NCBI GenBank assembly: GCA_030867685.1
Contig: JAQOWU010000003.1
Location: 1,302,001-1,366,000, forward strand
Length of the DNA: 64,000 bases
DNA from: Wickerhamiella versatilis
Lineage: Eukaryota
Reading direction: 5' to 3'
Position 1 is the first letter of the stretch. Each line of letters begins with the position of its first letter. The translations under genes were made by a program, and so were the position numbers. Below are positions 22,888-31,926 of the stretch, in pieces. The notes under the pieces are model-generated. The model searched no databases, had not been told where the DNA came from, and saw only the letters and a list, made by a program, of their open reading frames with translations.

Positions 22888-23331
22888 TTATTTGAGCTTA
22901 TCGAACAGTACTGGTGCAATGTTGACATCTAGGCAGTGCTGAAGGTGGAAGAACTCCTCGGCGCAGCTTTCCTTGTACTCCCAGTCATCGTAGTCGGGCT
23001 CCTCCTGCTGCTTTGTTACGCGTTCAACACATTCGTCAAAGTGGTGCTTGAAGGGATGGCAGGTGCCCTCAGTGTACTTTGTCCTGAGGGTATCGAGAGG
23101 ATCAACGAGTTCCTCATCGTCGTCGTCCTCATCGTCATCGTCATCCTCGTCTTCATCTTCATCCTCGTCGTCGTCGCCCCCCTCTTGATCCTCGGCATCA
23201 TCGCCGGATGGAGTTTCTTCCTCAGCATGCTCATCTTCAGCATGCTCTTCTTCATCATCCTCCTCTGCCGCAGCAGAATATGGGAGCAGCGACTCCTTTA
23301 TATCCGACCAAAGACTTGCGAGGCCGCTCAT
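22888..23331 (-). CDS. QCR6: Cytochrome bc1 hinge subunit
   Basis: Acidic N-terminus, LVDPLDTLR...C...HFDECVERV...C.EEFFHLQHC...LFDKLK. Confidence 0.93.
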   Translation of the reverse strand: MSGLASLWSDIKESLLPYSAAAEEDDEEEHAEDEHAEEETPSGDDAEDQEGGDDDEDEDEDEDDDDDEDDDDEELVDPLDTLRTKYTEGTCHPFKHHFDECVERVTKQQEEPDYDDWEYKESCAEEFFHLQHCLDVNIAPVLFDKLK

Positions 23332-23681
23332 AGGTAGAGTGATGAGATAAGAAGCCGTACGATTGGCTAGGAATCGCTGACTCACCCACGAACCGGTGTA
23401 AAAATGCTAGAAACTTGGCATTGGTTAATTTCCGTCTGGATATGAACCGGACTTATTTTTTGGGTTAACGCATTTCTAGAACGTTATCAATCTAGGCTAA
23501 TTCGAGGGTTATTGATGTCCATTATTACTGTGCTATTCCGTATCCGCAAATTCAATAGCGGATTAATATAAATAGCCTTCAGAGAAAATGGAGACAACAG
23601 AGAAAAAACTGAGAAAAAGAATTTTTGGCAGTACCTGTTCTTTACATCATTTAGAATATTAAGCTAACGCAATTTTCGCAT

Positions 23682-24458
23682 CTAAGCGTTGTTATCGCTC
23701 AAAGTCTTCGCGCGCTTGGCAAGCTTGGCCTCAGACTTGGCACCAACATGGCCACCACCCCAGTGACGACGAGACTCCTCGTACTTGGGTGCCCAGCTAG
23801 CATGGATGGCGGAAACAAGGTTGGAGAGAGCGGCGTTGTCCTCCGAACGCACGTCAGTCAGAGCAACGACCGATGCGGTCTTCTTATGAACGACAGTACC
23901 GAGACGCGCCTTGCCCTTGACAATGGCGAACGGTACACCCATCTTACGGCAGAGAGCCGGAAGGAAAATGACAAGCTCGACGGGGTCGACATCGTCAGCG
24001 ATGAGAACAAGCTTAGGCTTCTTGTTCTCGATGAGTGCGGTGACGTGGTTAAGACCGTACTTGACGACGTAGGGCTTCTCGGAGACGTCCTCCTTGGTCT
24101 TACCCTCGGCAATAGCAGCGGCCTCCTTGGTCAGACGCTCCTTCTTCTCGGCAGGGGTCTCAGGGCGGTACTTGTTCAACAGCTTGAAAGCCTGGCCGGC
24201 AGTGTTCTTGTCGAGAACAGTCTTAAGCTGAGCAATCGCCGGTGGGATCTTCAAACGAAGACCAAGGACCTTACGTTGGCGCTGAATGCGGACGTACTTG
24301 GGCCACTTGACATAACGGCTCACGTTCGTCGCAGGACGCAGGGCGCCGCCGACAACAAATGACTTGGGGCGGGCCTCAATCAAAGGGTTAGCCTCCTTGG
24401 CAGCCTTGGTAGTCTTACGCACACCCAGCGGCGCGGGCGCGACCTTCTTGCTAGACAT
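23682..24458 (-). CDS. RPL8: 60S ribosomal protein L8 (eL8/L7a)
   Basis: [48 protein letters not shown]. Confidence 0.97.
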   Translation of the reverse strand: MSSKKVAPAPLGVRKTTKAAKEANPLIEARPKSFVVGGALRPATNVSRYVKWPKYVRIQRQRKVLGLRLKIPPAIAQLKTVLDKNTAGQAFKLLNKYRPETPAEKKERLTKEAAAIAEGKTKEDVSEKPYVVKYGLNHVTALIENKKPKLVLIADDVDPVELVIFLPALCRKMGVPFAIVKGKARLGTVVHKKTASVVALTDVRSEDNAALSNLVSAIHASWAPKYEESRRHWGGGHVGAKSEAKLAKRAKTLSDNNA

Positions 24459-24510
24459 GGTGGTGAGGTAGCGGTATAGAACGAGTCTAGTGAGTTGATT
24501 CAGAATGGAT

Positions 24511-24528
24511 TAAGGGCTAGAGCCCTAT
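24511..24528. promoter_or_regulatory. Palindromic Tbf1-like ribosomal-protein promoter element
   Basis: TAAGGGCTAGAGCCCTAT lies ~55 bp upstream of the RPL8 ATG and resembles the TTAGGGCTA palindromic Tbf1 element of Candida albicans RP genes. Half-site AGCCCTAA at 22663-22670 upstream of RPL29. Confidence 0.55.
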
Positions 24529-24829
24529 GATGACATAAGACAAGATTGTTTTCATATTCATTCTCCCACCGCTCATGCGCCTATGCTTATGTATACATCC
24601 TTGATTTGGCGGATTAGGGGCTAAAATCGTGCCAGTGCGATCCCTGCCGGAATTTATTATTTCGTTGTTAAATCTTCTTGTAATAATATAGATAGGTCAC
24701 TTTTTGAAATATATAAACAAAGTAATTTACCCAGACTGATCTCCTTCTTTATCTTTGCTTAATCACGATCAGATTCCGATCTGAGGTAAAAAAAAACCAG
24801 GATCAGTAGAAAAAAAGTAAGATTTGCTC

Positions 24830-25642
24830 ATGAGTCATTACATCAGCAGTCTGGCTACCGGAGTGATGCTAGAGACCGCAGTCCCAGAATGGCACCAAGT
24901 GGTTGCCGATATGTGTGGATCCTTAAGTCTAGCATGCTGGGTTATTATACTATTGCCCCAGCTTCTTGAACAGTGGCGACTGAAGAGCGCGGACGGAATA
25001 TCTATTGGATTCATCACCGCGTGGTTTATCGGTGATATTTTGAACCTTATTGGTTCAATTTGGGGTAATCTCCGTCCCAATGTTGTACTACTAGCCCTCT
25101 GGTTCTGCTTCAGCGACACATTGCTTATTATCTCCTATCATTATTATAAGAAAGCACCTGGTGGGCACAGCGATCCTGAATCGCGGAACAATGTGACCAC
25201 TCCGCTTCTCGATGATCATGTTGAATACGTGGGTGGAGTTTCTGACAAGAACAACTGGCTGCTCTCCACAGGCCTACCTTTTATATTTGTGATAATGATT
25301 GCTTGCTTAAGCTACGCTGTGTCGGCAAGTGCTCCATCGGAGCCAGACACTGATATTGGCTTCGGCCCCCAAGTTCTTGGCTACCTTAGCGCCATCCTGT
25401 ATTTGACCGCGAGAATCCCGCAAATAATCCAGAACCACAACCGGAGATCGGTCGATGGCTTGTCAATGGGCTTCTTTGCATTGAGTGTCACAGGAAATCT
25501 CACTTACGGAGCCCAAATTTTATTTTATCGTTCGGACTGGCAGTGGGTAAAGCCTTATATTCCGTGGCTTCTAGGCTCCCTCGGTACTATTGTGCAGGAT
25601 GGCATTATCCTGCTTCAATTCCATATATATAAACATTTCTGA
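24830..25642 (+). CDS. PQ-loop vacuolar cationic amino-acid transporter (Ypq1/Rtc2-like)
   Basis: Two PQ loops (LLPQLLEQWRLKSADGIS; RIPQIIQNHNRRSVDGLS), WLLGSLGT, multiple TMs. Confidence 0.88.
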   Translation: MSHYISSLATGVMLETAVPEWHQVVADMCGSLSLACWVIILLPQLLEQWRLKSADGISIGFITAWFIGDILNLIGSIWGNLRPNVVLLALWFCFSDTLLIISYHYYKKAPGGHSDPESRNNVTTPLLDDHVEYVGGVSDKNNWLLSTGLPFIFVIMIACLSYAVSASAPSEPDTDIGFGPQVLGYLSAILYLTARIPQIIQNHNRRSVDGLSMGFFALSVTGNLTYGAQILFYRSDWQWVKPYIPWLLGSLGTIVQDGIILLQFHIYKHF

Positions 25643-25783
25643 ATGCCATGTCGTAATTATTGGGCAGGCTATGAACCAAAAGTAATTCGAACAAAAATAA
25701 ATAATTAATAACCTCTGCCTGCACAGATCAAGTCACAGGGTCTCCCGCCACCAACCCGTGCCCTACACTTGACAACACGTACC

Positions 25784-26371
25784 ATGCTGCTACTTCAGCT
25801 TGTAGTGAATGCATACCTTGTGGCATTGTGTGCCGCAGCTACTGTGACTGATAAGGTGTATTTCGACATCAGTCAGGGCGGAGAGCCTTTAGGAAGGGTG
25901 GTGTTTGGTCTTTATGGAGATGATGTGCCCAAGACGGCAGAGAATTTCCGAGCGCTGGCTACCGGTGAAAAGGGCTTTGGATATGAAGGCTCATCATTCC
26001 ACCGTGTTATCAAGCAATTCATGATACAGGGCGGTGACTTTACCCGGGGAGATGGCACCGGGGGCAAGTCTATTTACGGGAACAAATTCGCGGATGAGAG
26101 CTTCAAGATCAAGCATACCCGTCCTGGTCTGCTTTCCATGGCAAATGCTGGTCCCGATACCAATGGATCGCAGTTCTTTATCACAACTGTCGAGACGCCA
26201 TGGCTCGATGGCCGCCATGTTGTTTTCGGTGAAGTCCTTGAGGGCTACGACGTTGTTTCTAAGATCGAAAATACTAAGACTGGTCGTATGGATCGACCAA
26301 CAATTCCTATAGTTATCTCGAAGTCTGGCAGCCTCGATGATACCGACTCACCTGCGAATAGAGAGCCATAG
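25784..26371 (+). CDS. Secretory-pathway cyclophilin (cyclophilin B, Cpr2/Cpr5-like)
   Basis: Signal peptide; [52 protein letters not shown]. No HDEL. Confidence 0.92.
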   Translation: MLLLQLVVNAYLVALCAAATVTDKVYFDISQGGEPLGRVVFGLYGDDVPKTAENFRALATGEKGFGYEGSSFHRVIKQFMIQGGDFTRGDGTGGKSIYGNKFADESFKIKHTRPGLLSMANAGPDTNGSQFFITTVETPWLDGRHVVFGEVLEGYDVVSKIENTKTGRMDRPTIPIVISKSGSLDDTDSPANREP

Positions 26372-26402
26372 AATGTTGTGCTAGTTATTAAGATGCTACT
26401 TT

Positions 26403-27653
26403 CTATTTTCTACGCGCGTGGTTACGGCTTAGCGCAAGGTAAATTTCCTCGATGAAGGCCTTTGAGAAGCCTGGAAGCTCTTTGTCGGTATCGGCCAATT
26501 GTGCCCTAATGTCCCGAATTCGGTCCACTGCGTGCGGCCATCGAGCTCGAGCTTCTACCTGGGCTAATGGTGCATCAAGATACATGGTGAACATGGTTTG
26601 CGCCGGCTGAATAGGCCTTAGGGGCTTACGGTTGGAGTGCGGGGGTGGGTAATCTGATTCGGTATCTGGTGTCGGGCTTTGCCGGAGTGGTTGCGTTATT
26701 GCATCTTGGAAATCCCAAGAATCACACTGTTGCTCATTTTCAGCAGAATTGACTGCGATAACTTGACCCGCTTGAGCCTTTGCCGAGACCCTCGCAAGGC
26801 GCGATCGTAGCATCATTGTGAACGAAGGCGGCATCATTGATGGCGACCAACGCTGAAATATACGTTGCTTGAGTAATTGGCTAGTAGTTGGACGTTCTGA
26901 CTGCTTTTTTGCCAAGCACGTGTTTATCATTCGACAGAAGGTTGAACTCAGAGGCTCGCCTCCGCGGCCCGTGTGACGCATAAGCCGTGGTGGTTCTCCA
27001 TCGGCAATTTGAAACATGGCCTCTGTTGGCGGGACCCTGCGCAGAGGAGGTTCACCCGTCACTAGCTCGATGGCGGTTATCCCGAACGACCAAATGTCAA
27101 CTGCAGCATTATAGCTTGATTGTTGAATTACCTCGGGCGCCATCCAGTAAGGCGTGCCCATGAAACTCTGACGACCAGGTAGTGTGTTGGAAAGCTGTGC
27201 GCTCACCCCAAAGTCGGCAAGTTTGATCCTACCCGTACTTGTGACCAATACGTTGGCAGACTTGAGATCGCGGTGAATTTTACGCTCGGAATGGAGATAA
27301 TCCAATCCTTTGAGAACTTCTCCAAGTACATACAAAGCAGCGTCTTCTCGGAATGGGCCACATTTGCGAAGAAAACCCAAGCATGCCCCTGCAGCGCAGT
27401 ACTCCATGGTGAGCCACAATTGTGTATCGCGAAGAAATGCGCTATAAAGCTGAGTGACTTGCGCGCATTTTAGCTCACTTAGAATTCTAAGTTCTTGAAG
27501 TATTTCCTCAAGGTCACAGGAAGTATCCAGTTCCACAATTTTTACCGCTACTTCACGGTTTTCTGGGTCAATTGCACGAAAAACTTTACCAAAAGAACCT
27601 GCCCCTAGCTCCTCATAGAAAATGAATTGACGTGCTGAAGAGCCGACAGACAT
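26403..27653 (-). CDS. STE20/GCK-family Ser/Thr kinase (Sps1/Sid1-like)
   Basis: GAGSFGKV, VAVK, HRDLKSAN, DFGVSAQL, GTPYWMAPEVI; N-terminal kinase domain with short tail. Confidence 0.88.
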   Translation of the reverse strand: MSVGSSARQFIFYEELGAGSFGKVFRAIDPENREVAVKIVELDTSCDLEEILQELRILSELKCAQVTQLYSAFLRDTQLWLTMEYCAAGACLGFLRKCGPFREDAALYVLGEVLKGLDYLHSERKIHRDLKSANVLVTSTGRIKLADFGVSAQLSNTLPGRQSFMGTPYWMAPEVIQQSSYNAAVDIWSFGITAIELVTGEPPLRRVPPTEAMFQIADGEPPRLMRHTGRGGEPLSSTFCRMINTCLAKKQSERPTTSQLLKQRIFQRWSPSMMPPSFTMMLRSRLARVSAKAQAGQVIAVNSAENEQQCDSWDFQDAITQPLRQSPTPDTESDYPPPHSNRKPLRPIQPAQTMFTMYLDAPLAQVEARARWPHAVDRIRDIRAQLADTDKELPGFSKAFIEEIYLALSRNHARRK

Positions 27654-28106
27654 GTCAAAACGTTAAGAGAGGTTCTTTCCGAAATAGTAGGGTAAGGAGC
27701 GGATAAGGCAATTTTGCGCGTAAATAGAAATTATCAACGCTTCGATCCCAATTAGAGTGATTTCGGTTATTTAAGGCTAGTACAAAGGATAGTAGCGCAT
27801 GACAATCCTATGAAACCATGAAACCTAAATTCACTGCTAATTCCGTTGATGTCTATCACTCTAGGTGAAGGAAATTTAACACATTCATAGAGTTAATAAT
27901 TTAATTCTTCATCACATTCGATTCATCGTAAAATATATCTAGCAGCCATTTTTTTAGGCTGCTAGAAACCGGAGATGTGTCAAACGTAAGGCGTTAGAGG
28001 GGACAATCCAAAAGTTCATCCCACCAAATTAGGATTTGAAAATATTGTGGGCTTATGGGTGGGCACCCACTTAGATGGCTTTTGCGGAGAGAGCTTTTAC
28101 GTAGAG

Positions 28107-29071
28107 ATAGTTCCTCGCGCCTGAACATTTCTTCCTTCAAACAGCAGGTATGTGCATGATGGCCATATTCGAGCTTTAAGCAATTTTTTGTGTAGATTGT
28201 TTGATTGCAGAACCTACAGGTAGCAAAATCGAGTGTTTGTGGTACATACCTCGGAGAAAATGAATCACAGACTAACTCAAGAGAAAAACGATATGGGCAG
28301 GTCTAATACCGACATTTCTGCTCTCTTATTCCCCAATGGATACTAGAAAGGGATAGTATAAGTACCAATATGCAGTTAGTGAAGAGAGAGTAGTACTTTG
28401 GTTTATATCATTTTCCCCAGGCCTGCTGCAACCTAACCCCGAATCCAGATGATAGCGGTCAGACCAGCACACAGTGTTATAGTGGGTTGAATATAAGAGA
28501 TATCAAAAATATATTGGAGGTAAGAATCAAATTACTCTTTGTATGTGGCAGTTTGGCCATATATCCCTCGTGGGGGAGTGGGCCCTCTTGAAGTTAGAAG
28601 TGGATCAGGGGAGTAGGGTTCGCATGCTATGAGACGTCATATCGTAAAGTAGTGCAGTAGCTGGCCAAAAGAAACCTACAATGAGCTCAATTCTTCTCAG
28701 AGTATCTCACACTTCAACATTTAATACTTCACTCAAGATGATTAGGCGTGCTGAGATGCCAAGCACAATTCAAAGCAACGTTAGTCTGTTACTTTCATCT
28801 CACATCAAGTGAGTAAAAGTACGTGAAAAGGGGGGAATGATACGGGAAAAGAGCTAATATATACTGAATACACCTCTTCAAGCCATAGATGGAATGACTG
28901 GGCCCCTTAACTTTAATTTAATCAGTACCGGACGTGCTACCCGAATGTCGTATCTCAGCTGGGGGAGGGCCATTTTCAAGCCTTTTGTTGCAGACCACTA
29001 TGAGATTGTCTAGTATTATCAAATAGCATGAGATAGTAGGAATAGACTATATTAACTAAGTTAATATAATA
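28107..29071 (+). ncRNA. Large structured non-coding RNA, candidate telomerase RNA
   Basis: No ORF of 60 aa or more. Colinear nested + strand helices form three arms (see findings); template-like AACCTAACC at 28430-28438 immediately 3' of arm 1. Boundaries approximate. Confidence 0.4.
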
Positions 29072-29283
29072 ATAAGTACAGTCTGGAGCTGTCTTAAAGT
29101 TGTTACTAATAGTACTTGTGCGAGCCAATTAATGTATTTTTTATACACTCATGAGGCTGATAGCTAAAAAAAATACTTGGTGCTGTGATTTTCCCCAGAT
29201 AACCTCTCTGGAGTGATAATGATATCGCGAGTAGGATAGACCGGGTGACTAAGAGCCTACCACCTGGCACCCTTGACACAAAA

Positions 29284-31197
29284 ATGCTCGGACTCATACC
29301 AGAGTCAGTTGAGCAGGAGGATGGAGAGTGCCTGCGAGCACGCACTTCGAGTCTTCCTAATTTTAGGAGTCTTGGGCCACCAGATCTAATAAAAGTTACC
29401 AAGGCGACAAAGTCAAAAACAGCAAGCTGTTATCATTTCGTTACTGGTGTAGATACCAGCTCCTCCGCATCCGTAGCAGCTCACTTGAATGTCTTGAATT
29501 TCGTGTTAGGAGAATCTCAGGTCTGGTTTGGACGTGCACCTCAGTGGCATTTGACACAGGGTATATATTGTTCTTGGAATGCGTTTTCTGGGGTTGATGT
29601 CCGCGTATCTGCTTCTTTTCCAGGTGGGGTAGAAGCTAGTGTTGTTGATGTTCACAATTATGATATGGGAACTGAGGCAGTGGCGGACGAAAATCTTTGG
29701 CTTGAAACTTACATGAGTGCTGCCCTTCGCGCGGTTCTTTTGAAGGATAGCGACGCGTATTTCATAGAAATGTGCCGTCATGAAGATCCTTTGGCTACCC
29801 CAGAGGATGTGGATCGGTTTTATCGCGCTTTCGAGCAATTGTACTTACGAGGTCCACTGCTTGGTAGTGACTCGTCAGTCCAAGTGGCTACGCAGGATGC
29901 CAATCTTATGATAAATGGGTTTTTGGAGGTAGTCAGAACTACAGGACGAACAAAACCCGCTATCGAGCTACTCGAGAGGTTATCAAAAAATCACAAGAGT
30001 GCACTATCACTGCTGGCACGGGTTTTACTTCTAGCTGACCGAGAAATAGAAGCAGTGGAGCTCATGGCTTCCACAATAAAGGAAGATCCATGCAATGCTC
30101 AGATGCTGGCGGTAGAAACAGAATTTGTGCTCAGTAAAAAGAGGCCGGATTTGGCGCTGGATCTTGCTTTGAGACTGACAGCAGCTGCACCCTCAGACTA
30201 CTATTCATGGGGTCTTTTGACTCAGGTTTATATATCTCGCGGCCAATATGATCAAGCTCTGTTAGCATTAAATTCCTGCCCCCTTATTCCAAGCCCGCAT
30301 GTTGACCAGCATATTCGTATGCCAACTCCAAAAAGAGTTCATAGCCCAATGCCTCATGATGGTATCATTGATGAGGTATGGGAGGCAACGGCTGGAACTA
30401 AAGAAGACCAAGCTGATGCTTCTCTGCTTGGATTACCAGCCTCTAAGCTGCGGGGGTCGACGGCCAGAGCCTATAAGCTCCTTGCTGATATTTTCGGAAA
30501 GATTGGTTGGACAGAGTTGATGAAAGTACGTGGTGAAATTTTCCTCATGGAGACGGAGGCTTCAGAAGCTAAGGCTGAGGCCGATGAAGATTCATCTACG
30601 AGGTCAGTAGCTAGCTCAGGGAAGCGTCCACCAAATCGACGTTCTATCAGGTCAAAGAGGTTATGCGAGCGCCGCATAGATAACCTTTTTATGGTTCTTT
30701 ATGAAGATGTACGAGTTTACAGCTCTTGGCAACGTGAAGCAGTTCATTTTGAGTCTCAAAAGTTGGAATTCAAAAAGACTGCTCTCGAATGGGAACTTTT
30801 TGGGGCAGTGGCACAGCGACTACACCATGACGAAGCTGCTAAGCAAGCATTTGACAAGTCATCTTTTATTCGTTTTTCTCATCGCGTGCTCAGTCGTCAA
30901 CTTGACTACGAGGCGCCAGAGCCTGCTGATGTTCGCGATATTCAAGTCTTGGGCCCTGTAGAGAATCCAATGGCGACCCTTGTGATCGTTTTGAAACTCA
31001 TGGCATGGAATCACCGTTGGTACAGTGAGTTTTCGCCGCGACTAATACGAGTGCTACGTCGGGTAGTAGCTCAGGAGGGTTTAACAAAAGTACACAATCA
31101 GCTTGAAGCTGCATTTGGTAGAACAGGAGCTATGGTTTTGGTCGATGCGCATATAAAAAGTCTTCAGCTTCTGGAAGCTCCAGGCTTTGATTCATAG
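29284..31197 (+). CDS. Exomer ChAPs-family subunit (Bch1/Bud7/Chs6-like)
   Basis: LGPPDLIKVTK, YHFVTGVDTSSSASVAA, WLETYMSA, ALLALNSCP, KRLCERRIDNLFMVLYEDVR, EWELFG, WNHRWYSEF. Confidence 0.92.
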   Translation: MLGLIPESVEQEDGECLRARTSSLPNFRSLGPPDLIKVTKATKSKTASCYHFVTGVDTSSSASVAAHLNVLNFVLGESQVWFGRAPQWHLTQGIYCSWNAFSGVDVRVSASFPGGVEASVVDVHNYDMGTEAVADENLWLETYMSAALRAVLLKDSDAYFIEMCRHEDPLATPEDVDRFYRAFEQLYLRGPLLGSDSSVQVATQDANLMINGFLEVVRTTGRTKPAIELLERLSKNHKSALSLLARVLLLADREIEAVELMASTIKEDPCNAQMLAVETEFVLSKKRPDLALDLALRLTAAAPSDYYSWGLLTQVYISRGQYDQALLALNSCPLIPSPHVDQHIRMPTPKRVHSPMPHDGIIDEVWEATAGTKEDQADASLLGLPASKLRGSTARAYKLLADIFGKIGWTELMKVRGEIFLMETEASEAKAEADEDSSTRSVASSGKRPPNRRSIRSKRLCERRIDNLFMVLYEDVRVYSSWQREAVHFESQKLEFKKTALEWELFGAVAQRLHHDEAAKQAFDKSSFIRFSHRVLSRQLDYEAPEPADVRDIQVLGPVENPMATLVIVLKLMAWNHRWYSEFSPRLIRVLRRVVAQEGLTKVHNQLEAAFGRTGAMVLVDAHIKSLQLLEAPGFDS

Positions 31198-31818
31198 ATA
31201 CATGCAGATAGAAGAGTGTATAAAAGAGATTCCTCTGCTTTTAAGGATTAATTCTTTTTGTATCTAAAGGTATTAAACAGAAGCCCTAAATATGTATTAT
31301 CGGTTATGATAACCTTATTTTGGAGGCCTCAAGGGCCTTATGTGAAAAGGGTTGTCGTATCTGGAGCCAAGATAGTAGCTGGAAAAAGTCGGAGCCAGGC
31401 GCAGGCACTGATAACATGCTCCTAAAGAGGTCAAACGAGCTTATCTCGAATAGTTTGCTCGAAAGTGGTTCTCCTGTATGCACCCTAGGTTTCAATGTGG
31501 TCCAGAAGTCATCGAAACTTGTGGTTGGACAATGCAAGATAGCCCAGCTAGAAAGAACTATATTAAGGAGCATACTGATGTGTAGAACACTTCACCTTAG
31601 ATAGCAAAGACTTTGCACTATGAAGTAGTGCTGAAGATATAATATCCTTTCAGTACATGTGGTCCTAATGCTTTCAATTGTGGAATTCTTCTATAAACCT
31701 TAATCCATTAAAGCTTTAAGAAATGATAAGTACCACAATTGGCTTCAAAATAATACCAAAATTACCCCTATTGGACGAATATTCCTGATGTGTACAAGAT
31801 TTACCCTTCTGGGACCAA

Positions 31819-31923
31819 ACCCGAACCCTGCCCTCAACCCGGCGCGAACATTGGAAAAAAGGCATAAATAACCGCAATTCCTCCCAATTCTTCCATCTTT
31901 ACGCCCACCCCCGAACTGGAACT
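31819..31923 (+). promoter_or_regulatory. Core promoter/5' leader of the orphan gene, duplicated at 58791-58899
   Basis: ACCC(T)GAACCCTG ... AAAGGCATAAATA ... CTCCCAATTCT(T)CCAT ... TAC(G/A)CCCACCC is shared, in order, with 58791-58899. TATA-like CATAAATA at 31863-31870. Confidence 0.65.
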
Positions 31924-31926
31924 AAA

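Noticed and set aside
13554-24362. Long antisense/alternate-frame ORFs over SCW4, FMP25, the RRM gene, QCR6 and RPL8 (also over RPL10)
   Set aside because: Shadow ORFs expected from codon bias and low-complexity coding on the opposite strand.
28148-28281. Possible + strand intron (GTATGT...GACTAAC-TCAAG)
   Set aside because: Splicing creates no meaningful ORF (only a 17-aa ORF follows) and the segment forms part of predicted arm 1. Not excluded without RNA data.
31304-31604. Short ORFs (89 and 94 aa) upstream of the orphan
   Set aside because: No recognisable motifs, TTG start for the + ORF, and they are mutually antisense.
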